From Iphione sp. A-MEVVRFRX5 (taxonomy: Eukaryota): a DNA stretch of 64,000 bases. The DNA is taken from contig OZ320314.1 in NCBI GenBank assembly GCA_976226885.1, forward strand, positions 90,024,001 through 90,088,000, written 5' to 3'. Under the pieces are notes generated by a model. The model was not told the origin of the DNA. It did no database searches and worked only from the letters and a program-made list of their open reading frames with translations. Positions 13,640 to 28,100 of the stretch are shown one piece after another (positions within the stretch are counted from its first letter, which is position 1; the number at the start of each line of letters is the position of its first letter). The position numbers and the translations under genes are program-made.

Positions 13640-16620
13640 CCGCTTAAAATATATATGATCGTTTGATCACGTATACACCTATAAAATGTACTTTCACTGT
13701 CAAATATCCGTCGTTGCATTTCCATGCAAGTATAAAGAGTTCTGCTGTGCTTTTTGGAATATAATTATATGGGATGTTCCTTTTAGGTTTGGACAGGATT
13801 CTGCCCACATAGTCAGGAGGCCAATCTTGAAAAGTCTCTCCAATATGACTTTTGTTAACATGTCTAGTTAAAAGCTGACTACATATTTTTTGAGTTGGAG
13901 GTATGCTTAGAGGAAGACTTAGGGTGGTTGTCATTCTGAAATTTGCCTTTGATGACTTTTACAAGCATAAATACCACTGAAGTTTCAGGACAAGCCTTAT
14001 GGCCTGATAATACCATTTGCATTATTTGTTGATTGCCAACAACCAAACTGGTAAGAAGTTTTCATTTTATCTATATTTACGGTAAAAAGGCAACTGAAAG
14101 AGATTATATTCAGTTCTTCTACAAAATATGTAAATTTTATCAGAGAACAAGGCTAAGATGCACACATAAGACAGGGTATAGTCAGTGTGATTACAAACTC
14201 TAAACTAAGCTGTCACATGCTTGAATGTTAATATGTACAAGTGCCAATCCCCACATCTCAATGTCCTTCTAAACTTCAGGAGAATAGACACACAGTCCAT
14301 TTTTTTGTACTTCTTTGTCATATTCTGCAAGGAGACCAAGAATATCTGGGATTTTCTTGATAAGGTCCTCATAGGATACTACTGCAATTGCAATTTCATC
14401 ACTTTCCTGATGATCAGATACTGTACCAACCAGCTCATATACAGAATTATTGAGTAACCTGTCACTATCCTCAACCCATCTCAAAATTGTGGCCACAGAA
14501 TTCTCCATCTAGTTCAAGGGTAAGTATATGGGCATGGACAATATGGTTCCATCCTTTCCCTTTCACCATGTTTTCAGTAGTATTCCTTCTAAAGACATCA
14601 CTTTCTTCAAGGGTGTCGTTTAGCCCAGAATCAGCAAGGTGCTGACCAAAAACTTTTGAAAAGTTCATCTGCACATGACAGCCTCTTAGAAAGACAATAA
14701 TGTTCTCACAATCTTTTGGGTTGTCCGATTCAAGCATCTTAGCCTTGCAGTAAAACTGCTCAACAAACATAATGATGGTATACTTTCGACCTAGTTTTGT
14801 TGTCATTTTATGGCAGTTTTGTAACACTGTCCATAAGGTATCGTCATCATGAGCTGCTGAATTTATGATGGGCATCATTCTGACTGTCAGGTAGGATCAT
14901 CTGATTCTGACATCTTATCATTGAAGCCAATCCAAGATGACACATCTTGGCTATCATCTATATTCTGTAACCTGCACAAAATTCGGTCAAGGTCCTTTGC
15001 CTTCAGTTCTGTGGTGAGTTCTGCATCTGCAATATAAAAGTCAGATGATATCTCCTTCTCAAATATGGGAAGGGCTTTTGAAATGCCATTTGAGATTCCT
15101 TGAGTTCAAACAAGCCTGGTGCGGTGAATACTGAATTTGTTTTGCCTTATTTAAGCTCTGTTTGAGCTGTCTCCTCTTGTGAGTTACTTTGTCTGAAAGC
15201 ATCAGTCTGGGAGGCATGAAATGTTCTGGTACCATCAAGGGTCTCCTCATTGATGTCTATATTGTTATTAGCATACATAATATATCCAGGGAGATAAAGT
15301 TCAATAGAACAAATACCTCCCCATTGTCAGTATATGGCTGGAGAGTCCTATTTGCAATGGTAGTATCATAACTGATGCTGTGCCCAACAACATGAAGTAA
15401 CTGCACTAAATCTTTTGAAGAGGTTACCTGATTTACAATTACACAAACAGTTGACGGTTTTGGTTTCCATCCACCTGATGCCAAGAATACAATATCTTGT
15501 GCTATGCTTAGAAGCTTGGTCTTCAAGATTTGATCTTCTTCTTTGTCTGAGTTGCCATATTCATCATTGAGGCAGAGAAGATGTAACAGCAGATAGAGAT
15601 TCTCAGGTACAACTTTGTCCGTATTGCCTGTTATTACCTCATGATTTGGAGACCTTTGGATATCTGCTTTGACTTTTGATGCCACCCAATAAAGCCAGGT
15701 CAGTATTTCATTGTCCATATCTGCAGTTTTACCAGTGGTGGTTGTCATCACAACTGTGTCTTCTTACAAGTCCTTTACATCATCCATAGTTTTTTCAGGT
15801 TTTTACAGAGCAGCTATCATATCTGGAAATATCAAAAGTGGCTCAGTTGGGTTCAACGGATGCACAAATGGCCCTCTTCCTTGAAGTAATTTATCTAGCT
15901 TGGCCTTAAAGTGTTATATTCTTTAAGCTCCTGCATCCATGTCAAAGTCTGATATGAATTCACAGTATCTATCCCATACAGTTTTCAGGGAATATATTTC
16001 TCCTCTAGCAAGTCCTCTTCTCAGTTCATCAGCCATTTTGTGTAAGCATATCGTACTTGGATCATCTAAGTCTGCAAATGATGTGTGATGACTATACTTC
16101 TTCAGGAATTTTCCATAGCAGATAAGATGCTTCTTTGGCAATCAAATCATTGATTCCAGCAAATCTGCTTCATAAAACGTGGTCTAGCTTAGCTAGGTCA
16201 AGAATATTTTCAGATTTTTTCAAGACTTGGATGTTGTGAAGCTTTTCTCCAGGTTTATCCCCTTGACAAAACATGGAACTTTTCCAATTAACAGGAGATA
16301 ATGAACTTCAGTGGGAGTGAGGATAGCAGCTGCTATTAAGTTCTTGAGTGTGCCCTTATTAACCTGTAGTTGTATATGTAATTTCTCTAGTGTTTGAAAG
16401 TGATTTTCATGTGCATTATGGCAGTGCAATGGTAAAATCTGAATGGCAAGTTTTGTGCCATTGGATCTTACTTAATCCCTCATCCACAAACTCTTCAATG
16501 TGGTCAAGAGTATCACAATGCCCAATATCTTTGTATTTCATTTTCTCACTTGTTCTGATTCTCAAACAGTTTAGGCCATCTTCAGCTGTGTTCCTTAATA
16601 GCAATTATATTTTCATAAAA
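13640..16620 (-). mobile_element. Decayed large DNA-transposon transposase, Academ-like (fragmented pseudogene)
   Basis: Collinear broken ORFs: KLLSIAQDIVF..QVTSSKDLVQLLHVVGHSISYDT; DDDTLWTVL..FVEQFYCKAKML..VFLRGCHVQMNFSKVFGQHLADSGLNDTLEES..KGKGWNHIVHAH; LRCGDWHLY. These match, from memory, the large invertebrate transposase family with D.QLY.KA / RLGGFH / GK.WNRA.RAH / R.GDW.LH motifs. The Academ assignment is recalled, not searched. Confidence 0.6.
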
Positions 16621-18952
16621 GCTTGTCAGACATACATTTATTCATTTGAGCTGAAGAAATACCTTTCATACAATTTTATCCTGATTATTCAATAGCATCT
16701 ATCGGGAAGGTACATTGAGCATAATTCATGTAGTGATAAAAAGGCAATTTTTATTTGCTCATTATATAGTGTCATAAAATCACAAAAAATAATTTTCAGA
16801 GATAACAACATGGCTACAACATATCCTAAACCTAAAACATATCCTAAAATTAATGTTAAATGGGTTAATTCCTATGACCCAGAGGCGTGATCTGCATGTA
16901 CAATACTAGGTTTGGCCCCCTGACTAACAGAGATGGGGAAAACATTTATTGTTTGTTCAATACCAAACAGTAATTCACATTATATAGCTGGCTCCATAAC
17001 TCTGGGAAACCACTGCGAGCTATTATCTGTATCAGGAGTAGTATTTGCATGTCAGATGAAGACTTTCAGTCACCTGTGACCTACCACCCACTTTCATTGA
17101 TTACTTTCTTGTGTGTCTGTGATGGTAGAAAGTGGACCATTGAATCCCACCAGATACAAAAAGCGATGACCTCGCATAATCTCAAGAATCACGGAGCCAG
17201 TATCTCTTTAGGATGGATCGAATCTTTTTGGTCTGTGCCAACGTTATCAAATGTATCCACGTGAGAGCACATGCTCTCCCATTAGCATTCCCTTTAGATG
17301 TGTTCGCAGGTTATCGGTAAACTACAGGAACCATGAAAGGCTTCTGGCTTACACAATGTCGTATCTACTGACTTTGTGGTATGGCTTACCATGGGGTTTT
17401 AAGTACTGTCTACTGCTAGCCCGTGAGGCACAGCCAAAGGCAATTTTGTCTCATGCCCATAGATATCGGGTGAACCCCCTCCGAAGGTGGCCATACGTTC
17501 GTCCTAGAGCCCCTGACCTTCGTTTAAGGTCACTTTGGTATAGGTGCCTTACGGTAGAGGAAGGCCACCTGCAGTCTGCATTTTGACAAATGCCATATGT
17601 ACAGTTTAATTTTTCCAAGTTGAGCCCACACTATGGAGCAGATAATGTACGCGTTATCCCGGATCGGGTTACTAATGCCTCCATATTTCTGGGTTTTTAT
17701 ATTTTGTTTTTTCTGCCGACATCCACACAAACGTTATATAATATCATTAGTTTTCATCTGTGACATGCTCCATCACAATCACACTATTATGCCACATATT
17801 TTATGCTCCAAAATGAACCAAAATTTAAGTGAAAGTGTGAAGGAAAATAGTGATTTTTTTTGTGATTTCCCTTCAGTTAAAACCGATGACTTTATCTCTG
17901 AAGTTGTTTTGATAATTTACAACAGGAATCTTGCCATTCTTTTGCAATGGTCTATGTAACTTTAAAAGGTAACTGTAAAAAGTGTATGAATTAGCTTTAG
18001 GTCTCTCATTGACTGTAGCTGTAGGTGCTAAGAACTGGAACAAGTTGGTCAAATGAATATAAGGAAAGGTTTGCCGTAGACTTCCTAAACATATGTTTGA
18101 GGATGAATACATAAATATGACAGCATACATATGATTGATTGAGATGAACAGGTGAAATATACATGACAGACATATAATTGATTGTGATGAACAGGTAAAA
18201 TACTTTCTTCTAATTCTTCGTGTATTATTTCTCGTACGTGTAATGGACAAGTTTATACCTGAAAAGAAAAAGATAGGAAAGATAGGAAATCAATTGCGTC
18301 TGTGGCAATTTACTTGGCGTCACTGGCTTTTCCGTCTACTTCTGATTGCGAAGGCAATTACCATTGCAAATATGAAATCGATGATATTCATCAGAACTAA
18401 TTGTCTTTATGAAGTGACGTGACAGCGATTCCTCTGAGAAAGCTAAAGTAGACTACAGACCTAGTCATCTTTGCTTAGAATTATGTTCATGAAATATTTT
18501 TAAATAAAATCCCAAACTGTTTTGCGGGATATTTCGATTTGTAATGAAGGATGATAGTAATCCAAGAATCGTAGTATCTGAATAGACATATTCTTCAATG
18601 CCTTGGCTTTACACGAGAAGGATAAAGATCTTAGTAGTCATATGTATCAGACTGGAGAACATTTATTACAGTAAGGCCCAGTACCCATGTACGCAGAGAT
18701 CTGTATACTCTATCTAGAGAAAGGAGAGAGAGATTTATATATCCATGCTCATCCTTGGTGCAGAGACAGAGAGAAAACGGTGTGCAGTTTTTCATGGAGA
18801 TTGAGGTGTATCGGTGGAAATCGTGCAGCTTTTCGTGGAGATTGAAGCATAGGAGTGGAAACTGTGCAGTTTTTATCCAAATGATATGCAAATTAGAAAA
18901 TAATTCACAACATCTAACATATGTTAAGCAATGTTTTACCTTCTTAAAATAA

Positions 18953-19154
18953 CCATTTCTGTGTCCTACTGGTCCGTGGACATCTGTGGTCTGGAAAATA
19001 TGAGTAGTGCTCATTTCCTGCCTCCAGACCATGGACCAGGGACCAAGCACCTGTATACATGGAACACCCTCTCTTAAAATCAATGAAATCGTTTTTTTCC
19101 AGACCTTGTGGTCCTTGGTCCGGAGACAAAATCTGGACACAAGGAAACCAGGCC
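18953..19154. mobile_element. Short fold-back MITE with the same right terminus as 57599-58167
   Basis: Ends GGAAACCAGGCC|TA. Nested inverted repeats TGTGTCC (18960)/GGACACA (19135) and GGTCTGGAAAA (18988)/TTTTCCAGACC (19095). The left terminus is degenerate. Confidence 0.55.
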
Positions 19155-19746
19155 TAAGTGCATTGAGATATACCGGCCTTTGATGAAACACCATTTTATG
19201 TATGGTTTCAGGATTGTTACATCATTGAAAGGAATAACAATAAGATACGTCATAATAGCGCTTTAAACCGTCGTTATCATTACTTCACCTACCGAGTGGA
19301 TTTGCACTTCTGAATGAATACAAGGGTAGCGCAGCCTTCCGCCAGAGAAAGTGTCATTACAGTAGAAACGTGTGTATCTGCTGTATCTATCTGTACCGGT
19401 ACAGCAACGTACATATCAGATTAGTTTTTGCCTCAAAAATAACAGTTAACCTAAAATGACCCAACAATGAACCTAACTGTGCTTAGAAAAAAACATTTTT
19501 AAAAGAGATGCGGCATCAACATTAAAACGCATACTAGTGTCGCTCTAATTACTCCATATCATAGCTTCTGGCTGCACTGGCTGCTTCCTCACGTCCCTAT
19601 CATTACCCTGAGAGACGTGGCCAGTAGTCAGCAACCTAGAGCAGCCATTACTGTCAAACCAGCAGCCTTTATTTACAGCATCCACACTGACCTGAGTGGT
19701 CTGTCTTTGTCTTAGTCATCGCATTGCTCATAGAGCATTTCTCCGT

Positions 19747-19752
19747 CTTCTT

Positions 19753-19782
<30 letters not shown>
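19747..19782. repeat. (CTT)n microsatellite
   Basis: Directly visible. Confidence 0.98.
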
Positions 19783-19784
<2 letters not shown>

Positions 19785-22700
19785 AAAAGGGTGTTTCGTT
19801 CCTGGTTGACAATATGTTTCGTCGTTATAAAGTTATGTTTTGTAATCACCTACAATTACATCTCATCTAGCTGTCACGGTCTGCGCCGAACAAAGCCAAG
19901 AATAGGAATGAAACACATTTACATTTGTGTTGTATGTTTTGAGGCTTCCAAAACGATACTGAAGGGGAGAGTTGGGAATATTAGCAGGTGACCGTATTAG
20001 GGCTGCAGTATTGTTTTATGGTACACGGTAGCGTGTTACAATAGACCTAGGGTGACAGTCTCGAAAAAAGTTTTGACTTCTTAGACAATTCTTCCTGCTG
20101 CTCGAGATGTGTACGGACAGGGAAAAGAAAACTCTTTCCCTATTCTCAAGAAAGAAATATTAAAATCAGGAAATATCAAAATCCATCACTTATGTCCTTC
20201 ATTAACATCTATTCCATAGTAGGTATAGCTATAATGAATATGCAAGTCCGGTTTGTTTGGTTAATTCATGTAACAAGGAAGGCCTGCTAGATTTTCTTCC
20301 AGTTTTCTTTGACAAGAATGGCCTTTCCGGTCAGCTCCGGTTCGAAACAATAATATGCACAGTTGAAACCATGCGGCACGTACTCATATCACCCGGGAAA
20401 ATTGAAAATGGTACAAATATTGCTGATACACATTTGTTATCGCAATGCCAAAGGTCTAGCTGTCCCCTAAAGGCTTCTATTGAAGGCATGGCGGCCAATG
20501 AGCTGACAATGGCAATATAAGACATTTTTCCATGATGGAAAAGGCACAGAAGAACGAATAAGAAAAGGCTTTATTTAGGCACAATGAAGAATGGTTTTAT
20601 GTCGGGCATAATGAATGGTTTCCAGAACAATGAACCACGATGTACTCTGCAATGAAGGTGACATTTAAACACATTCGATCCAATGGTGGGAAGCTAATTA
20701 CACCAAGAGAGGAGGGCTTTAACCCATTCAAAGCGGCCCCGTATTGGGTCATGCCATAACGTCATGGCAAAAATGTTGCCAATTCCCCATGGATAGAGTG
20801 CGACACCCAAACTGTGCAATTGCGTTTTGCGAGTACATGTTCTGTCAAACCTTAGTATTTCTATATCAGAATCATACACAATCGATATGGCATCTATAAA
20901 TGTTTTGGATAATTTAAATCAGACTATTTACTCTGTATGGCTATGCATGGAAATGGTTGGAATACATATTATATTTCTTGCAAAGTGGATTGGTACCAAG
21001 TGGATTGCATATAATGACAGAAAATATAAAAGTAAAAAGCCATGGATGGTTATTTAAATAGTTGTTTATACTGAGAACAAGATGCTAAATGGTAAGGTGA
21101 TATTTACAAACATTTATCACTATTTTATCATGTATTTCCATGGTTTTTTTCTCTTGGCTTATTCCCTTCCCCGGCCCTACAGAGGTGAAGTGATTGACAG
21201 TGTGGAATACAGTAAAGCATGTAGGTATACAAAAATGAACATTATAGAATTCATAGCTGTTTTTGGTCTGTTTTCTGGATTCTTGCTTACCAACATGTAC
21301 TTTATCGTAGCAGACTGTTGCCATGCATTGATTTATAAGCCTATTCATATGACTTAGACCAGCTTAAACAAATTGTATTCACACCTAACTTAAAAATTAG
21401 TTTTGAAAGGCTTGTGTCAATCCTTCTTTGTCAGTCGAAATTTTACAACCGTATCTCAACATCCAGCAAATTAACAAATTAAACTTGTGATTATTTGAAG
21501 ACGTTCTATGGCAAAAAGGAGCGGCTTAATAATTACTAGTATGAGATGGTGCGAGCATGAGTCGTCATGAAACTGCTAAGCCTTTGGCACCAATGCACAT
21601 TAATACAACAACAGAATCAGGAATCAGGAAATGATATATGATACAAGAACATAATTCACATTTTTTCAATGGATTAATTTTCGTAAAGTACTACTAGGAA
21701 TCGAACGTCAACAATATAGAGTAGATTTGATTATAACGAACTCAGTGACAGGAGGCCAAGAACTATGCAAGTAACACGCCACATTAAAAGATACTGCATA
21801 TTACTTTGACGATTTCTGTTTGTATTCAGTAAGTGTCTTCTTCAAAGGGCAAACATACCGGCACACAACTTCCAATATACTTCCGCATACAATTTGAATC
21901 TAATGTGATACACAAGGAATGGTTCCAATTCGTTTTTTTTCATGCGGACTTTTTCATAATGGAAGCAATTTCGGTATTAGAAAAGCAGGTTAACAGTAAC
22001 AGAGAGGAAACGACAGACAAAAGCTCACCTAGGCTGACTAAAAATACAAACGTGCACCACAGCTTACTACGGGGGACGGGGGAGGGGCGTCGACTATTTC
22101 GGTCGAAGTTCCTTCGTTTATTGTTTATTGTGTCCACTGCTGCCTTTTTTTATATTTTCTGGAGATAGAGTAGAAAATACACTACATTTTCGAAAAGCTC
22201 GGAGGTGAAACATGAAAATCATACATATTTACAAGTGCTTTCCTCTGTTCAATCTCGCTTTTATGTCCGCTATCTGCGCAATGGATCCTTAACGACCATT
22301 TCATCTTCTCCAGAACGAGGCCGATGTTGTTCCATGCGACACTAAAACTACATTTGCTGCCATCTGCGCTCGTTTCATTGCACTGGGATCTTCTTTCGCA
22401 TTAGTGAATGGTGCACCCTGATTGGGTGGATAGGACCGAAAACAGTGTGCCTGCTTCTCAGGTTGTCTGCTTTATTATCATGGCGACAAGAATTATGTCC
22501 TCAGATGTAGACAACACATAGTTGGCGATATTAATTTTTGGAAAAAAATCAATTGCAGAAATTTTGTAGTCGGACATATCGAATAATTCCATGTCAGTTG
22601 CCTTTCTTGGCAAGATTTGAGATCTTGAATGCAATTTGCAAAGTATTCTAGGAGGTTTTAAATAGTTAGCGGCTGAGAATTTGGGTGTATATGAAACGTC

Positions 22701-24499
22701 AGGCTTTCACCCTTAGAATGGGATTTAGAGCCCAATTCCGCAAACTCCTTGTATATGTATAGGTGTCTCTGGGTGGAAATGCTTAATTCTTTTCGTAGAA
22801 CAATCCCTATTAAAATAGCTTCACATGCAGACTGGAGCGTGCAGGAGACAACGAAAACGAGGGACGAAAGGAAGGAAGAGAAACAGAGAGGCACATCTGT
22901 GTCGGAGAAGTAGTAAGGGGCGAGGCACGGTGAGCAAACATGAAAAAGTAAGGGAGATCATCAGAGGGGTATGAAGAAAATAAGGAAATGAGATTGGGAT
23001 AATAAAAATGCTAAGGAAGGACAGGACTTAGGATTGAGAGGAAAGGGAAAACAGGAGATGCGTAACGGAGGATGAAAGGGAAGAAGGGCAGAGTGAGTAC
23101 AGGAAAGGAATTGGCGGATAGTAACGCAAGGACGGGACAGAAGTCGTGCTTCGTTTTGGTTCAGGTAGAGCGCAACGCTTGTAGAGAATAATTCTTAAAC
23201 AGAAGCGTATTGTCTGTATGTCTTCTCATGTGATAGACCACCCGGTGCACAGCCTGAAGGATGAAATGTCTGAAACAATACATATGCAGTTTAAAAAGAA
23301 AGGGAATCGCAGAGTCCCTACTTGTCATGATGGATTAGGCCTACATTCTGCTGTGTTCTGCTCCTTCTGCTACAAAGGGTAATACAAATGACGTGCATTT
23401 AGTGACGCGTATAGTTGTGTGATGGGTGTTTCTTATCTTTGTACAGTAGATTCAAATCTTTCTCATAAGTGAATTTCTCCGTCTGTACAACATTTTTATC
23501 ATTGTAACAGTTGCCTCAAGCATTGATAAGGCTGAATGTGTGTTGCAATAAATAGCAAATAACGTTTATTCAAGCTATAAACAGTATTATATTCCCTTAA
23601 TCAAATTAAGCACTTAATGGACTTAGGGTTTATGGTCGGATATGAATTCCTCAGGACCCACACGTCATTGTAGTCTCCCTTTAGGTACATGTATATCATA
23701 TGCAGCGTGATAAAAATATTTTAAAACTTTTTCTATGAGCTTATTTCAGTTTTATTTTTCTCATTTCAAAATAATCACTAATCAAGCCAATTGAACTGTG
23801 TTGCACCTAACCCGTCTACTGATAGTTGTTCATGTGTGTTTATACATGTATATGTATGTAAATGTATACTTTTATAGATGTTGAATACTATATGTCATTT
23901 TTATATAATGTAAATTTATGTATTATACATAATACAGCGACAGTGAGAGAAGGGAACTTATGAGCAATTTGACATTTATGTAAAATTTTCTTTGATACCC
24001 ATGATATACATACGTTATTACATGCGTTAATATATGCTATTACATGCGTACATTATATATAAAACTTTGCAATCTAAAACTAAACAAGAGTTTTGATGAC
24101 CGTCCTAAAAGACTGAAATAATTTCACTTCCGTCCCTTTTTTCCAGAAACGCGCCTCAAGGGTCACATAACCCCGTCAGGAAAAACCACGATAAGGTGAC
24201 CTTAGACTGAAGGTGACCTTCAAGAAATCTCGCTAGAACAGGTTGCCAAGCACTGGTACTCCACCGTCCCTCTGCGAGCATTTGAAATCACGGAGATCAG
24301 TATCTCAGTCCCTGGGGGTCTTCCATACCAGATAGGATTCTCTCCAACACGGGCTGCCCCCATCCCTCCCTCCCTCCCTCCCTTACTCCTCCCCTCCCCC
24401 CATCCTGCCCCCTTCTCCGCTAACCCCCCCCCCCTCCTCTTTCGGTGAGAATCAAGGAAGGAGTTGGTGACGGAAGATGACGGGAAGTTTATGCCAAGC

Positions 24500-25150
24500 T
24501 GACTTCATCATCATTTATTGCGTAAGGGAAGGCACGGGAGCAGTACTACTTGATATATCGCCATGTGATAAAAGGTATAATCAATGGACCCTTGGAGAGC
24601 ATCGCTGGACCCTTGGTGAGCAGTGTCAGTGAAGAGTGCTGTAAAGGCTCGGATCGGATAGTAAATATTGAGGAAAGAAATGCTCCGAAAGTGAATCCAC
24701 TCTGTGTCACTACCATCGTGTTCCATGACAGTTTCAATTGGATCTCATGGGAAATGCAGAGGACTGTCAGCCATTGAGGGACAAGAGCACATTCCGAAGG
24801 ATCTACTACTGGATATTTCCTAAGTAACAAGAAGAGCGGAAAACATGTATGAAACAATAGCTGATGAAACGGTTGGGTTGTCCGCCGAGAAGCAGACTTA
24901 GAAGAACGCTGGGAATAGAATACATCCGAAGCCCCAGGAAATCCGCGGAAGACACGAAATAACCCTGCAACTGATGGTTTTACGGCTCTAGGCTGAGTGC
25001 GAAGCTGCGCAGAGCTGGGGACAAGCGCCGATCACTACTAGTAGTATACTGAGGAATGAACATTGGCTCCAGCATCCTCACCTCTGGGCATGTATGATGG
25101 AGCAGGACATAACCTACCACGCATGACTTTGATAGATGAGAGGTCTGCCC
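24500..25150 (+). mobile_element. Possible RTE-like LINE C-terminal fragment
   Basis: Degenerate KRLG..LRRTLGIEY and GHV motifs by manual translation, with many stops. Confidence 0.3.
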
Positions 25151-28100
25151 AATGAAAGTTATCTTATAAAGAGACACATTAGGAGCGATTAACTTTATTG
25201 ATCACTCCTTTTCTGGGCATATATATGTATGTCTGCCAGCATGGCGCTCCGGAGTTCAATCCTCACCGCAACGCTCTGTCTGCTCGGGGGTGTGGTCGCC
25301 CCAACAACCTATGCGGGAGATGATCACCAGGGGCAGTTGGACCCCTTGGCTGAGTGAGTAGATATTTCCTTGTGTTTTTATCGTATATTTCAAGTCTGCA
25401 TGACCATTGTGTGGTCATATGTTTTCTACATCCCCGTCCATAGTATTATTATACAGTAATAGGACCGCTCTAATGCCAATAGCCCTACTGTGGACATATA
25501 GCAGGTCTGTCTTTAACGTGAGAGGTCTTGAGTTCAAATATTCATCAATCGGAAAGCCACATTAATCCGCGCATGTCGGATCTATCCCGAATGAAAACTG
25601 CCGCAATGTGACAGACAATGAATCAGTACTCAATACAAATGTTTCTCCTTTCATTCGAGCTGGCTCAAACATAACAAATCTTTACGTACTTTGGGCCAAC
25701 AGACACATCGTGTACGATATTCAGCATTCGGACCCTTATTCCTTGGTTTGTGAGGTAGTCACTGAATGGATGAGTGTTGACCATTATTCTTTTATATGTG
25801 TTCACCGTTAATATCTGATACATGAACCAAGTACGAACCAATAACAAGAAAACACTTTCTGGGGCCCACGTTAAACTGAAATTCATAGATTTATGTAGTA
25901 AATATCACTGGGATATTGTTTCTTCTTGAACATCCATGTCAATTTCCTTCATAGACGTTTTCTTCAGATGATACCATATTTTGTAAATGTACCCGCTAGT
26001 GTCTAACTGCTCCTTACTATAAACCCTTTTATTCCGGCCAAACCGATAAATCACCAGTCTTTGTAATCAATCAGGATAGAATTCTGGTATCAACTCCAAT
26101 TAGGAACATGCTCTTCACATATATATATATGTTTATACCGAAATATACACAGATGTTCCTCAAATAGAATCATTTCTGTTTTGAACTGTATTCAAAAGAT
26201 TTTCTGGTCTTCCACCAGTCGGTTTATTTCAATACAGCCGTTTACCTGAAAACAAAAATAGATTTTAAAGACAAACACTTTCCAGAGGGTTTGAGAGTAA
26301 CCACTAGTGATTGAACTTAATTTATCAGCAGATAAAAACCGTCCTAGTTCATTGATATGAATGCCATGCAATATTGACATTTTCTCGCCATGAATTACAT
26401 GAAGTAATGACATTCACATCAACACTACAATCTACGATTAGATTAAGCTACTAAATCATAGCTGTACTTGTTCATTTTCCAGGATGATAAATATGAGTAT
26501 CATTTGCCAAGGGCTATCCTACCAGCAGTTGTTCTAACATGGCGTTTGGAAGCACGCCTGTCGGATCATGGGAATCCCATGATGGGAAAATTCAATCAGA
26601 ATAAGGAAACTGAACAACTCGTTTCCAGCACAATGAAAGTTAACTGCATTATACCCAACAGGCTCTCGATGACAGCAGTGAATCAAGGAGAGTGGGACGT
26701 GTAGTATGCCTCAAAGCACCAGAAGAAAATGGATTCGTTATTGTCTGTAGCACATGCTGGAATTGCTTTCCGTCGCAGACATCTGCGTCATAGTTGGCCA
26801 TAGATTCCGATAGCTCCTCTAACAGTCCCGGGTTTAGGAATGAAGTACATTCTAGACAAGTACAGCTACATTGGTACGACACAAGCACCAACGTATCTCA
26901 CTGATCTATACTGTTTGGACTTCTACGTTGGTTTGGTAACATATGTCAAAATGAATTCCTCAAAGGTCGATATGATATACCGATTCCTTAAATAGTGTGT
27001 GCGCGGCAGGTCCAGGCATGAATGAAAAAGGTTTGGTAAATTTTCACATCCTCCATTTACTCATATTATTCCAAATGCTTACATGTGCTCCTGAAACTAT
27101 TGAGGGAATGGTAAAAATGCAATAACGTTATGTCTCTCATCCATGCTGGCATGCGGTCATACATGAAAACTGTGGTACTTTAAAAAGTCCACGTCATTCA
27201 CAGCTTTCAAAACGTTCACAGCTTATTCAGAGCATTGTTCTGATATGGGGAAAAATCTAGGTAGTTTCATTACGTTTGCACATTCATGTGTTCCGAAAAT
27301 CCAAAGGGGAACCGTGTTCCAATAAGTTTGTCCGACATGCCCAAATTGAGATTCAGACTGACACGAGGCTTTATAGGAATATCAAATCGACCTATTGGAC
27401 TGGTAATCCGGAGAGAATCTCCTAATTTGCATGCGCAACTACTGATCTTGACGATTAAATGAATTCCAAAATAAAAATGTACTAGCAGTCGACGATTATA
27501 ACAGCCATTTCGCCCAACAGATCGTGCCGTCTGATATTGCAGAGATCCATTTTACCTCTTGTCGACCACTAGAGGCAATATGAATTATCTTGACATTACT
27601 GATAACTAAGGATGAAGGATTATGGTCTTGCTTTGTGAGTTTGCTACGGGATGCTAAACCCTATATTATTTTCTAATAGTTCTTTTTTTCATCCAGAATA
27701 CCCAGAGTAGTCTTCTTTAAAATGTAAGTCCTTTCTGTAAGGTACACTGAGGTCATGATGAGCCTGCTTATGCATATAGTTTGTGATAATGAATTGCTCC
27801 AACAAGGTCATTTGGTTGTATCTGTCATTGAAGAGCCACATGTTTCACCTCTTATGTGAATTTCTGCATCTCTATCAAAGAATTAGTCAATGCTCGGTGG
27901 GTATTGCATTGTTTTGAGGGAATTTATGTTACTTCGGTATATAAAAACAGTAACAGTTAGTTGTTAAGGATTACTTAACTAAATATGAATATAAATGGAT
28001 TTAACTGTCAATTTTTATCAATCGAGAATATGTATTAAACGGATCAGATCATATGCAGTCGGCCGATTTGTACATCACCACACATCTAATGCCATCGGCA

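Noticed and set aside
20719-20745. TTAA|CCCATT, a piggyBac-like left end
   Set aside because: No matching right TIR found downstream.
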